Below are positions 24,080 through 36,213 of a stretch of DNA of 64,000 nucleotides, piece by piece. Within the stretch, counting starts at the first letter, position 1. Each line of letters begins with the position of its first letter. The notes below the pieces were generated by a model that had not been told where the DNA came from, did no database searches, and worked only from the letters and a program-made list of their open reading frames with translations. This stretch comes from Thalia democratica (Eukaryota), in assembly GCA_965202585.1 (NCBI GenBank), contig OZ241826.1:82274001-82338000 (forward strand). Reading direction: 5' to 3'. Both the position numbers and the translations under genes were made by a program.

Positions 24080-25354
24080 ATAAAGTCTAGCAATGACTCT
24101 CTAATATACCTGAAGCTTATTGAACATCTGGACATTTTCACTACTCCGACTGAAGCGGCTGAAAACCCGGATAAATCAATCAAATCAATACTCTCACTTG
24201 GAGAAAACAGCTCGAGCATTGAGAAATTTAAAGGCTCGTTCGTTAAAGAACACCAAGTTTCGGCAGATGGATTAATTGAACCAGGTGTGCTTCATACATT
24301 TCACAAACAGGCGCTCGTAAAGTTGTGTAAGACAGCTTCCGATGTTAGTAGAAAAGCTGTCAATTTGTTTAATACGTTGGTGCAACCTAACTTTGATCGG
24401 AACAAACTGGAGCAATACTTCAACTCTCTTCAAAAGTTCATCACAAAGAAGATAAGTCCGACAGGTTTGGTTGATAAAAAGATGCGACAATTAAACTTTG
24501 AACAGTACTTGAAAGAAAAGGATGAATCTAAAAAGAACAATTATTTGCAAAAAAGTAACGTAGCTCCTGGCAAAGCAAAAAGTAATGAAGTTAAAGATGT
24601 TAACAACGCAACTGATAAGGAAAGTAAACCAGTCCAAAAGGCTTCTGACTCAACCAAAAACGTAAGTAACCGATCAAGTGATAGAAACTCCACAAAAAGA
24701 AAAAGTAACACAGATGACAATGAACCTGAGAAAAAAGTTAAAAAAGAAAAACCTATGAGTAGCCAGCCTGATAAGAAATCTGAAAAAGTCTCCAATACGA
24801 TCAATAAGTCAGAGGAAGAAAAAAATGAAGCGATGGATGTTGCAGAAAAAAATAAAGTTGAAGAAAATGACAGAATGTTGAACGAACAAACTGATACATT
24901 TTTGAGAGACGAGTTAAAACATTGCTTAGGCGGTAAAGCAGATGGTTCTAATAAAAATGGTGATCAACTCAATAAAAAGTATGAAGAAGAGTTTAATAAA
25001 AGGTTTACTGATGGAAGTAATGCAGAAATCGGGAAAAGAATTGAGAAAATCAACAACAGAATGGAGCAGGCAGCAAAGGATTGGAAAAATGAAATGGTAA
25101 AACTGGAGCCGAAATTGAAAGAAATAGAAGATTTCAAAAACAAAATTTCCACGCAAAAGTCAAATCTTCAAATAAAACTGTTCAACAAAATTATGAAGGA
25201 GCTTTGCAGAATTTATTGGAATGATCTTAGAAACAATGTAACAGCCGGTACAAAACTTGAATACAAGTTTACGACTTTGTCTGAAAATCTGAGTAACATT
25301 TTGGACGATTTTGTTTGTAAGCCTACACCCTTTATGCAAGATGTTAAAAAGTAA
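24080..25354 (+). CDS. Long probable terminal exon, 424 codons: globular start, K/E/N/S-rich disordered middle, coiled-coil-like end
   Basis: tttttacag acceptor, phase 0, in frame with ORF 24287-25354; fully open over 1275 nt. Confidence 0.88.
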   Translation: MKSSNDSLIYLKLIEHLDIFTTPTEAAENPDKSIKSILSLGENSSSIEKFKGSFVKEHQVSADGLIEPGVLHTFHKQALVKLCKTASDVSRKAVNLFNTLVQPNFDRNKLEQYFNSLQKFITKKISPTGLVDKKMRQLNFEQYLKEKDESKKNNYLQKSNVAPGKAKSNEVKDVNNATDKESKPVQKASDSTKNVSNRSSDRNSTKRKSNTDDNEPEKKVKKEKPMSSQPDKKSEKVSNTINKSEEEKNEAMDVAEKNKVEENDRMLNEQTDTFLRDELKHCLGGKADGSNKNGDQLNKKYEEEFNKRFTDGSNAEIGKRIEKINNRMEQAAKDWKNEMVKLEPKLKEIEDFKNKISTQKSNLQIKLFNKIMKELCRIYWNDLRNNVTAGTKLEYKFTTLSENLSNILDDFVCKPTPFMQDVKK

Positions 25355-25816
25355 AGTATTGTTGAAAAAAATCGTAGTATTAGTTTTAACTATCTTACTT
25401 TTTTTTGAGAAGAATAAGTCGCGTTTTGTCTAACAATTTACTTTAAAGTTTGAAATAACCTATTCGTTTTAGCTAATTTATTTTTTTAAAGAGTATTAGT
25501 TCTTACAAACAGCTAGTATATAGTTCTGTTTTGAATTTTTTATCACAAAATTAATGCTTAGGTAACTTTTTTTTTTAAATAACTGTTATCCTGCCAAAAT
25601 GATGTCAATTTTTAATAGTCAGTTTTTATTTTCTAAAGTTTATGTTTAAAAGTTAAAAGCTACCAAAAATTGTTTACTCGTTTGTTCAAAAGTTTTCAAC
25701 TGTTTATTCTAAAAGTGATATGATTATAAGCTTTCTGTTTTGTATGAATTAGTTATTTGTAAAATTTGTTTTCTTCATTTTCAAAAGCTTTGCACAACCA
25801 AATTTACCTATTAGTT

Positions 25817-25835
25817 AATAAATAAATAAATAAAT
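25817..25835 (+). promoter_or_regulatory. Overlapping AATAAA cluster, candidate polyadenylation signal
   Basis: (AATA)n about 460 nt after the stop; common by chance in AT-rich DNA. Confidence 0.35.
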
Positions 25836-27975
25836 GGAAATTTAGCTTTTACCAAGAGTCGTTTTTAATTAATAAAAACTAGTTTATAATATTAAATAAA
25901 TAATAAAATATTGAATTAGTTTTTGGATAAATTAAAAATCAGGTTGTCTTTTAGAAAAATATTTATGGTTACTTTTTTTATTCACTTGCTGGTTAGTGGT
26001 TTAGAAACTTTGCTCAGTTTTATTTAAATTTAAAAAGCTAATAAAGAAAAAGCAGATTTAAGTTTGTTAAAACTCTATTTTCAGCGGGCTAGTGCAGCCT
26101 GTTTCAATCAAACTAACCCTTGTGATATTTGATTGAATAAAACAGAATTAGCTTTTTGTGTCTTCAATCTCAAATTAAATTTGAAAATTTTAATTGGTGT
26201 AAAATATTTTTAACATCTCAAGCTAGTTTTGGTTTTATTAACTCAAGCTAGATTCATATTTTTTTTTTAGATAAAATTGAGGCTTATTTCTGTTTGTATA
26301 TATTTTAATCAACTTTTTACTAAGCATTTATTACGTCAATTTTATCAATTAATTCGAGTCTGACCATTTAGGTTTTGTATTTTTATAATTATTTAAGCTA
26401 CGTCTTTTTAGTTATGGGTAAATTAGTTATGTTAAACTTTTTTCTTTATAAGCTCAAGTTGGTAAGGTGTTAATCATTGAATTTAGATTAATTTAATTAG
26501 TTAGTTTTCCATATAAAAAAAAATATTGTTAAATGTATTTGGGTGTAGGTCTAAGAAATTTATTACTATTGCATCATGGTAACTTATATTGGTTAGTGAT
26601 GTTATAGTGCTTGAATAAAGACAATTTTTAAAAATTTCATTTAAAACGACTTGATCTGCGTGCTCACTTGACACTGCGTGATCCCATTGGTGATTTTTGA
26701 GAAAGAGTTAAACTTTTAAGTTCAAGGAAGAGACCTTAATAATAAAGGAGTGGTTCAAATTTATTCTTAGTTTGTTTTATAATTTGCAACTATGTTTAAT
26801 AGTAAACAGCAGTTTAAACGGGTTATAACAAATAGACACTATAAAAACAAAATTTGAAAAACGTTTTATAAAATGAAAAATCATTGCGTTCAATCTTTAA
26901 TTCTCTGTTTATGAGCAATGTTAGTTCTGGCTTGTTGTTCTGGGGAAAAATGTATAAGTGATATCAACAATTTCATAAAGAGAACAAATAGGTGCATACG
27001 TTATAAGAAACATAATGAAAGTGTAAGTAGCTTAAAATTTGAAAAAAAAGTATGTATCTATACTAGTTGAGTTTTTTTAGTTATAAATTAACAGTTAGTT
27101 TGTTACTAGCTTACTTAAATGATTATTTTACAAGTAAAAAATGTCATAACGAAATAAAACTTTTTACTACCTAGATTTTATAACAAGAGTAGTCATAAAT
27201 CGCAATTCAACCAAGTGAATTAAGGACTGAGCTACTATTATGTTATGAAAGCTAAGTCGTTTTGGAAAGTTCCAACATGAATTTAAAAATAATTTACTAA
27301 ATAATAATTAACAAGGTCATAAGTGATCACTACTACTACATATCTACTTTCGTTAAAGGAGAATACCAATACTTTTATTTACATAAGTTGAATTTTTAGG
27401 TTTCAATAGCAAAGCTTAAGCTTAAATTGCAACACTTTTATATGACAAACCTATGGGTTATTTTTTAAGACATCTTATTTGAACTAACTCAGAACGTTTA
27501 CAAACTTGGTTCTTATTTTTAGCTTGCCCATATTAAAGTTAAGTTTAGATTCATTTATTTTTAAAAATATAAATGATAGGCGGAGGTACAAAGTTGTTAC
27601 ACTCACACTGTTTAGCATACATGACTGCTACAATTGGATTATATTTTCGAGCGATAATTTTGTGTTTCTTTTAAATCCTTAACTTGGTTTGTTTATAAAA
27701 CAAAAGTTTAATTAAATGCGGTAAGACAAACAAATAAAAAATATCTGTAATGTATATTTTACAAACTCTGCATAAGTGTTTATTAACATAACATTTGATC
27801 ATGATGTGAGATCATGAAGACTATAATCTCACAATAAGCTGACAATGTCTGAGACGTTGGGCTGTGAATGATTTAGCTGTGTCAATTTTTTTTAACTTTA
27901 CCCAAAAGCGATCGCTGCAGTACTTCGTACTTTAGCCCGCCTGGTTAGATCTCAACAGCGGTTTCACGCGACTAT

Positions 27976-28018
27976 GCCTGCCAGATGAGTCCTAATCAGG
28001 ACGAAATTGGTCGCAGGT
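27976..28018 (+). ncRNA. Minimal type I hammerhead ribozyme (Penelope/retrozyme type), U4-to-A variant
   Basis: Stem I GCCTGC/GCAGGT; core CAGATGA; stem II GTCCT-AATC-AGGAC; GAAA; minimal stem III TTGG; GTC cleavage triplet ending at 28012. Confidence 0.75.
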
Positions 28019-29769
28019 TGTCTCGGATGCTGTTGTTGTTGATCTAAAGGTAACGTTCATTAATTAACATCTAGATATGTAACAAATTAAATTATCTTAT
28101 ATTCCAGTTGATTTGTTTAACTAAATTGTAAAACTTAAAATGTCACTTTTAAATAAATTAATCATGTAAACCCTAATAGTATTAAATTTACTCAACGAAT
28201 TAACATTGGTTTTTAGTTGGGTGGAAAGCCATGAAAAATTAAATTGTCAGCTTAAATGAGCTATAAAAATAAATCTTGAAAAATTAAAAAAACAAGTTAA
28301 ACTCTCACGCTACAACGGTATGTGAAAATAATATTTTTTAATGAACTAAATATCTTAAATTAATCAAGTTTTACCTTTCGATTTTTCTATCTACTTCATT
28401 TAAACAAGTGTAATTTAACATTTTTAAGTATCGTTTAATTTATTGAAAAAAATAACATTCTAAAGATCAAAAAATGCTTCTTTTTTATTTAAATAAACTA
28501 AAAATTTCAATTTATAATTTTTAGAGTCTAATTAAGGAAAGATTTTCTAGAACAGAACCTTATTAATTTAAAAATAAATGACTTTTTTTTTTTTGAAGCT
28601 AATTACAGCTGCTTAAAGAGTGTTTATTTTTATCTGATGTTAACATTCTCAAAACCGGTTTATAAGTTTAAGGTTCAACATGTTAAAAATATTTAAGAAA
28701 AAAGAAGCAAAATATGTTTTTTATAACCAAAAACGTTTCTACTCAAAAATAGTCTAGATCCTTCCTTTGTATAAATGCAGCGTTTTTTGATGTTGGTGTT
28801 TATTATTAATACTTAGTTGTCAAAATTAAATTAGTTTTATTAAACACAATTATTTATTTTTTAGTTATACAACGACTTACGAAACTTTTAATTTTATTTA
28901 GTAAACTACAACGTAGCTAGACTATACAAAAAAACATTACTACATATTTTAAAACAGATTAAAAATTGAGCTTTTTTGATTATAATACAAAGTAAAAACA
29001 GTTATAAATTTTCAAAAGTACTTAACAATTTGAGCTAATTTGATTCTTTAGTTTGAATATCTTATATATTATGTAAAACAATAATAGACAAAATATCGAA
29101 AAGAGATAGAACAAAAAAAAAATAAGCAAACTAATTAAAATGAAAAACTACTCAAAATTAGTTGGTCATTATCAACTTTATAAATCAAATACCGTAACTG
29201 ATTAATAATATAAAACTTACTTAAATTACTGAAACTACACTACAAGTATATACAGATTGATTTCGTATATGTTTAATAACAGCAAATGAAGAATGTTTAA
29301 TAGGTTTGAGGACCATAAAAAGAGTAATTAAGGTAAATAAAATTTATTTATATTCTTAAAAGTATACATCAAAATGCTATTCAAACCGAAAATAATATGT
29401 TTTTAAAGGTCAAAAATAAATAAAATAACTTTTATAAGTGTTATATTACTTTTTTTTATATCTTAAGTTTGGATTTTTACCTTAAAGGTTTAAAAGAGAT
29501 CGAAATCAAAATCGTTCAAGTTTACCTTTTAAGACCTTTGATTTATATTATAGTCATAAGTTTATAATATGGAAGTACACCTTAAAAAAATTCCAACTAA
29601 CTAATTTACAACTTGTAGTTGCGGATGACGCATAAAAAAAACTTGCTTTAAAATATTTTTAGTAAGACATAAAACAACTTCTGTAAATTTTTTTTTGTTT
29701 TACAAATTAGTAAAACGTTTAAATCATTTAAATTTGTTACATATTTATGATCTAGTTAGAACTCGATTA

Positions 29770-29990
29770 TGCACAAAAGGACTTTTTTGCACGAATGGTC
29801 ACATCTGCATGAAGACGCTTTTGCAAGAAGGGACAATTTTGAACGAAGACACTTTTGCATAGGGTTGAATATTTATTTAAAGTTATTTTAATTTTAAATT
29901 AATTTCAATTCTTTATTTATATTTTTCTATAAATTTTATTTTAGTTTATTTCTAACAATTATTTTTATTACCACTGTTACCCCTAAGATT
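29770..29990 (+). mobile_element. Partial copy of the 18-bp-array foldback family (left arm and core)
   Basis: Degenerate ttttgcacgaag units and ttaccactgttaccccta core, as at 11217-11809. Confidence 0.55.
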
Positions 29991-31674
29991 AACTACATGA
30001 AATAGGTTTTGCTAGCATTTGCAAGTTTAAACTTGTATTTTGGGGTTTCGGCTTGAATTGCCTTCGTTGTCTGAGAGATTTATGCGGGATTCAGGCCAAT
30101 ATAAGTTTGTTTAAAACAGTTGTTCTTTTTAGTTATTTTTCAATTATAGTAAGTAGTAGTAAATAGGATTTATAAAGTAAATAAGCTCAGAAACATTGGA
30201 CAAAGCCATTTTGAATAAAATCATATTTTGCGTATCAATAATAAAACTGGAAATGATTTTGTCAGTTTAACTAGCATAGAATGCAAGATATATTCTGTTG
30301 CTATTTATATTTATTTTTATTAATGTATATACATTTTTCAACTTAATTTTGAGCAACATTTAATTTAAATCTTTAAATAGAAATCAAAAAGTTAAGTTTT
30401 AGTAAATTGTTAAGTAATTTTTTTAATGATAAATTAACTATGAAGCGTTCATAAGTACTTTCCTATAATGACTTTGGAAACCGGTTTAAACAACCTGTCA
30501 ATGAAAAATTCTATTTTTTTAACATACAATTAATTAGTTTTTTATACGAAACAGCAAAACATATTATACTTTATCGAACGACAATAAAAGAAGCTAAATT
30601 TATTTGGTCCTAGGATCTGGTGAACGAAAAAACTTTTCGGTTATCAAGTTGCACACCATGGATAACTTTAAAGGTATTTTATAGAAACACTGCTTGGTTA
30701 AACTTTAGGAAAAAGACTAAACTAATTAATTAACTATATCAAAAAATTATTTGTTTTGTTCGCATAAATAACTTTTTTACGAAGAGTATTAAACAACAAA
30801 ACCTTCATCTACAAATTCTTTTTGTTCATATTTAACAAAACAACAAGTAGACACCAAGGAGAAAACACAATTGGTGCGACCCAGTACTTTTTTATATCTG
30901 AGCTAAATATTATTGTATTTAGTCTCAAAAACAAAGATTTTTAGTTTTTTTTAAATAACCCTTACGCTAACAAGCGGTCGTGTCCCTAGCATAAAGCTTA
31001 TCTGTAAATGGTCTGCAGTCTTTTATCATTACGCGCTATATCTACTAAAAAATGTTTAATTTTGCTTCTACTCTAGCTTAATTTTGGAAATCTAAAAACT
31101 TTCGCTTGACAGCTTTCACTTTTAGCAAGCGAGTTAAAATTTGACGACCCTTGAGTAACAACATTTAGCTGATCTTGTTAAATTGTCTTAGGGCCACTTG
31201 TAATGCAAAAAAAAGTATAAAACTAACAATAAGGTCGTTTACAGTATCAAAATTGTATTATTTTAAGATTACTTTTTTTTTCTCAAATTAATTTCAAATT
31301 GTTTGAGTAGTAAATTATAATACCAATCTTAGTTTAAAAAGTCTAAACAATTAAAGGATGGACATTAATTTTTGTTTTGTTTTAAGTTTACTAGCATATA
31401 TTTTTCAATTTCTTAAAAAGTACGAACAAACAAATAATGTGATATATTAATAAACTTTATTTTTATACTTTAAAACACGCTTTGTTTGAAATGACGTTTT
31501 GAAAATTTTACTTACAATACTATCTTATTTTACTCAGAGCAACTTTAAACTTATCAGAATAACTTTACTTTCAGTTTTTTTTAAATGCTATTTTTAATAG
31601 CATTTTAAGATAAAGTAATAAAAACAGAAAGTTAAAGCTTGTGAAAAGATTCAAGGATTTTTGAATTCAGTTAC

Positions 31675-32007
31675 TTTCTGTTCGGCCTCGAACTTGAGAA
31701 TACAACTTTTCGTTTACTACTGTGATTTTGTGAGCTACCATGTCTACCGTTTTTCAATCTATCATTTCTTATTTCAACTTTTAGTGAAGCCCTACGACTT
31801 AAAACTTCAACTTTGCGTCTACTGATATGGTTTTGTATCTTTAAACTTCTGTGTCTATCGCTTATCCTTCTATCATCTGATTTATGGTGTACTTTGTAAT
31901 CTTTTACGTTATTTGATGAAAGTCTGCGCTCCTTTTTATACTTTGAGCAACGCGTATCCTTACAACTGTCTTTTAGCTCGCTTGTTGAACGTTTTCTTTT
32001 CACAGAT
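31675..32007 (-). CDS. Exon, 333 nt, phase 2-2, R/S/K-rich low-complexity peptide of an unidentified minus-strand gene
   Basis: tattggtag acceptor, AA|gtaact donor; open (within ORF 31671-32081). Confidence 0.6.
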
Positions 32008-32210
32008 CTACCAATATGTACAATAATGGAATTTAATTTATTAAATGATGAGTTTAATTTATGTTTCAATGTAACCTCCAATGTTTAAAATAATTAGGCT
32101 TTATTTAATAAATAAAAAACTTAAACACTATTACAACATAATCCTTTTAACCAGTAGAACAATTGTTTTTTTAATTAGATAATAATTTAATTTCAATATA
32201 ATCTACAAAC

Positions 32211-32284
32211 TTGTACAATGAAACTTGATCGTCTGGCTGATATGGAGACAACCTGTCCAATCTAGTTCTGTTGGTGAATATCAT
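32211..32284 (-). CDS. Upstream exon segment MIFTNRTRLDRLSPYQPDDQVSLY(K)
   Basis: AA|gtttgt phase-2 donor fits exon 32007-31675. Confidence 0.45.
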
Positions 32285-32711
32285 ACTTGTAAATTCTTAT
32301 TTTTATTTTCTCTAATTCTTTAATCTTGCTTTTTCAAACTAAAAAGTTGTTAAAAATGGGTGCATTTCACGTAAAAGTGTTATTATAATTCAGGGGCGTA
32401 TGTTTTATACTTTATCTTTTTTAAGCTAAGAAAGTTTTCAGGTTAAAAACAATCAAGACAATCATTTTTTTGGTTAGGTAAATAAATTGCGTATTTAAAA
32501 TTATTGTGTTTCAAAAATTACACCCTTGAAAATAGCATCATTACACTCATACTATTAATATATTCTACTAGATAACTAAAGCGTTAAGTTTATTAATCAT
32601 TTGTTCCATAAATAAAATTACTAAGAGATACGAAAAGTTAACTACTAACACTACATACATTTTTTATTTATTTATTTTTACATTTAATTACTAAATACTT
32701 AAATTATGCAG

Positions 32712-32780
32712 CAAACTTCCTAGCTATAGGGTTACGAAACGTTTTGGAAGATTTTCTCCAAGATTCAAAATTTCCTCCAA
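32712..32780 (+). CDS. Possible exon NFLAIGLRNVLEDFLQDSKFPP
   Basis: ttatgcag acceptor, protein-like frame, weak donor. Confidence 0.35.
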
Positions 32781-33341
32781 GTTTTTAAAAGTAATTATTT
32801 TTGGGTATATTATTTAGCTTAAAAAACAAAAGTATTAGCTTCTAGACAAACAATTCTATATATAAGATATATTGTTTTCAATACAAATCAGCCCCTAAAC
32901 AAAAGTTATACGTGTTACTTTTTTCCGTTTTAATATTTCGTATTTCGCTTTTAACATTACAAATATTTAACGTATTTGCGCTCATTTTAATCAATTTCTG
33001 TTGTATTATAGTTTAAAACTAATTCAACTAGATCCTAAAATATATCAAATGGTCGTTACGTATGCAAAATATAACAGCTAAATTTAAGTATACATCCTTT
33101 CGAACTTTTTGTTCGCAATATTTAGTTTCTAGTATAAGATTATTTTTCTTAGTTGCTTAATATATTATGCAGTTTGTTAGTTTTTTCAACTTATTTTAGA
33201 CTATTAGTTTTTTAAATGTACAGAATTAAAATTGTATGTTTAAAAATTAAAAAGATTTAAATTATTTACGAAAACACTTTTGCTTACTTAATTTCATTGG
33301 CTCTTGTTCTGTTTTTGCCGCCAGAACTATATACTTTTCAG

Positions 33342-33413
33342 ATAGAATTATATTCTCAAACACAACTGTTGACAAAATGCAATGAAAATAATGAAAATCT
33401 ACATGAACAAAAG
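33342..33413 (+). CDS. Probable exon IELYSQTQLLTKCNENNENLHEQK, phase 0-0
   Basis: tacttttcag acceptor, AAG|gtattt donor. Confidence 0.5.
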
Positions 33414-34032
33414 GTATTTTAAATTTTTATATATTTCAATTGTCAAGTTCATTAGATATGACTTTGTTAAAATTATTATATGTTTGCCACACCCTCAGAC
33501 TAATTAAAAGTTTAAGAAACACACAGGTTTGATTTAAGAAATTTCTTCTTTTTCCAATTTTGATTTTTTTGTAAACTTGAGACAGATTTTTTTTTAAAAC
33601 AATCTTTTAACAAAAAATCTTTTTTTTTGTAATTTTAAGTTCTATTGCCATAAATATTTAATGTATTATAGCTTGGTAAACAGTTTTCATGTATTTCTAA
33701 AAGATAAATTTTTAGCCTAAAATTATAATAAAAAAAGACAACAATTGTATTATAATTTCAGCTTGATATTGGTGCTCACCTAAAGTTAACCATATCCACA
33801 GTTTTTTTTTCAGATTTGACCCCTTACTACATCATTTTTCTACTTTATCATAACCTTAGTCTTAATTAATTTTAAATAGAAATCCAAGCTTAAAGTTTTA
33901 TTTTAGATACTCTATAGGTTTTGATCATATTTTATTTAAAAATACTTAACCTAATTAGTTTACCACTTACTATAGACAGGGTTGCCATATAACCTTGAAT
34001 TCTAGAAAAACCTGGAATTTGACAGTTTAGGG

Positions 34033-34303
34033 CAGGGCTTCCAAACTTTTTTTCAAATGGCCCACTTTAAAAAAATTAAAAAACTATGGCCCCCTTGTTA
34101 CACGTTTTACTCAAAAACTACTGTTAAAACCACCTAAGACTTTTTTTGCTGTTCATCAACTCAAGAGTAGCTAGAATAAGTTTCAAATGTTGACCTTATG
34201 AACCTCTATGACTCCTTTACTGCTCAGCCCCCCCTCTTTGGCCCAGTTGCTCATGGCCCCCCTTAGACCCCTTGTCTTGATTTGGCCTCCTTTAGGAACC
34301 CTG
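34033..34303. mobile_element. hAT MITE nested in a CAGGGTTGCCA element that begins at 33977
   Basis: gtttaggg|cagggcttccaaac ... taggaaccctg|gtttaggc (7/8 TSD). Confidence 0.8.
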
Positions 34304-35269
34304 GTTTAGGCTAAAAATATCTTCAAAAACTATAAAAACTGATTAAAGAATTTTTGAACAATAGGTACCCAAAAATTTAGCATTTTAAACATTTTTTTAT
34401 GTGTAGTGATTAAATTTTGAAATGAAAAAAAAAATCAAATAGATACTTTTTTGTTCTTATTTTAAAACATATCAATAGTAGGTTTACAGGGCTAATATCT
34501 TTTCAACACTTTTTTACTGTTTAAGGCAGATTTTTACCTCCAACTTAATTTTTTAATCAAGTTGGATGCAAAATACTGTACTTTAATCCCTGAAAGAACT
34601 TTCTCAAAAAAATTGGCAATTCTATATAATGTAAAAGCTTAACATTGAATGAAAAATTTATCTGGAAACTTGTTAAATCTTTGGTATCATATATTATGGA
34701 CAAATCATAATATACTATGACCATTTTTTATATATAAAATATAATTTCAAATTGGGAAATAGATTTTTACATACAATAAAAAATACCTACTACTTGTCAA
34801 ATTTTAAATTTTTATAAAGCATATTTTTGTAGCACAACAGTATCTTTAACAATAGTATTGAATACATGTGTATTATCTCAAAAAGTAGTGAAAAAGTTTT
34901 CTAAAATAAGATAAAAAAATTGATGTCAGCATTGATATTTATGAAGCTATACAAATAAGTATTATATAAGTTTTTAAGTTTACTTATTATTTAAAGTGAT
35001 AGTGTTCTTATTTATCAAATAAGAATAAAAGGGAGTAATTGAAAATGCTTTTTCATAGAATTGTGCTGTTTATTTTTATATGTTGCTTACTAGTTACTAC
35101 CAATTTTTAAAGTTTTAAAATCAAATTTAAGATATAACAAAAATAAATTATAATATTTAAGTAGTTGCTTATTGAAGGTGCAAAGTAAGACAAATAATAA
35201 TCAAATGTAATGAAAAAAAAATTACACTATAGTTACTAATAATTCATGGTGCATATTTTTAACAACTAA

Positions 35270-35850
35270 TGCCATAGGGGGGGGGGGTAAGCCATGATTT
35301 TTACAAGTTGATCTCATTTTATTAAGTTTTTTCTAAGCTTCAAGATTTTTTTATCGTTTTAAAAAATTCAAAATATTTTTTGAGATATGAGCAGTCAAAG
35401 TTGGGCCGCATAATAGGTTCCCTATGGGAAGGGAATACTAAAACAGCGAAAAAAGACTATTTTAATTAAAATCTAAATTCTCCTACGTTTTTCAACCAAT
35501 CTTCTTCAAACTTACATAGTCTGATCTTTATACAATAAGAAAAAAATATTACTTTGGACTTTAAGATTTCTTATGTTAAAATAATCTCCTTTTACTTTTC
35601 AGGAAATTTTCATTATATTAAATGACAAAAACGTTACTGAAAATTCATAAGTATTGTTTTTTTCTTTTAATATAAGGAACATTTCCTGAAAATTTGAAGA
35701 AAATTGCTTGAAAGATGAAGAAGGAGATAGATTTTTAGTGAAATTTAAAATTTCCGAGAAAATTAACCCGAAAAATTTGGGGTCCATACGTTTGAATAGA
35801 AAACTTTAGAAAAAAATAAAATATCTCAAAAGTTATTTTGAATTATATAG
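35270..35850. mobile_element. Kolobok-type MITE, right end truncated
   Basis: gccatagggggg left end plus family internal motifs (gttgggccgcataataggttccctatggga, ggtccatacgtttg). Confidence 0.55.
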
Positions 35851-35880
35851 AATAGATTTTGAATAAGATTTATTTAAGCA

Positions 35881-35923
35881 CTGACGAGGTCTCTGACCGA
35901 AACTTATTTTGTAAAATAAAGTC
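35881..35923 (+). ncRNA. Hammerhead ribozyme core, probable Penelope pLTR remnant
   Basis: CTGACGA-GGTC tct GACC-GAAAC-TTATTTT gt AAAATAAAG-TC; proximal stem I not paired, distal ATTTATT/AATAAAT pairing present. Confidence 0.6.
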
Positions 35924-36113
35924 ACAAAAGAATAAATTCATTATTTCTCTTCTAATAGTTGAGATCTCTTTATTTATTTTCTTAAAATCAAAACATATAC
36001 TATTATATGTTAATATCAAACAAAAGTTTATACAGACAACAATAGAAAGCTACTTATGTTTTATACTTAACAAGTTTTGAAAATTATATTAACAGAATAT
36101 TGTAATATTTTAG

Positions 36114-36213
36114 CTCATTCTCCCAACTGTCTACAAATAGGTCGGATCAAAATCATGAAAGCAAAACGTCAACTCTGTCAATTCAAAAAGAAAAGCAACA
36201 CCTTCAATTAAAG
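36114..36213 (+). CDS. Repeated exon S (SFSQLSTNRSDQNHESKTSTLSIQKEKQHLQPK-like); copies at 37792-37891, 39894-39993, 46106-46205
   Basis: aatattttag acceptor, AAG|gt donor; open in all four copies in this frame, while the alternative frame has TAA in two copies. Confidence 0.6.

Larger units (their letters stand above)
794..25354 (+). pseudogene. Large multi-exon gene of unknown family, partly disabled (probable pseudogene or exon-skipping remnant); 5' end may lie outside the window
   Basis: Chain of AG..GT-bounded open exons with mostly compatible phases: 794-859, 1141-1310 (TAA at 1143), 3288-3683, 6973-7250, 9376-9600, 9872-10024, 12018-12448 (TAA at 12034, +1 nt at 12190), 13332-13421, 14407-14652, 14797-14914 (broken), 15522-15785, 16839-17024, 17496-17702, 18795-19033 (4 stops), 19156-19407 (TAA at 19357), 21185-21249 (2 stops), 22399-22471, 24080-25354. 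No domain recognised. Confidence 0.8.

Noticed and set aside
24272-25156. Minus-strand ORFs over the long exon
   Set aside because: Antisense shadows of the K/E/N-rich plus-strand exon
30045-30069. Third hammerhead on the minus strand (CAACGAAGGC-AATTCAA-GCCGAAAC)
   Set aside because: Only stem II and GAAAC are present; the CUGA core, stem I and stem III are not supported
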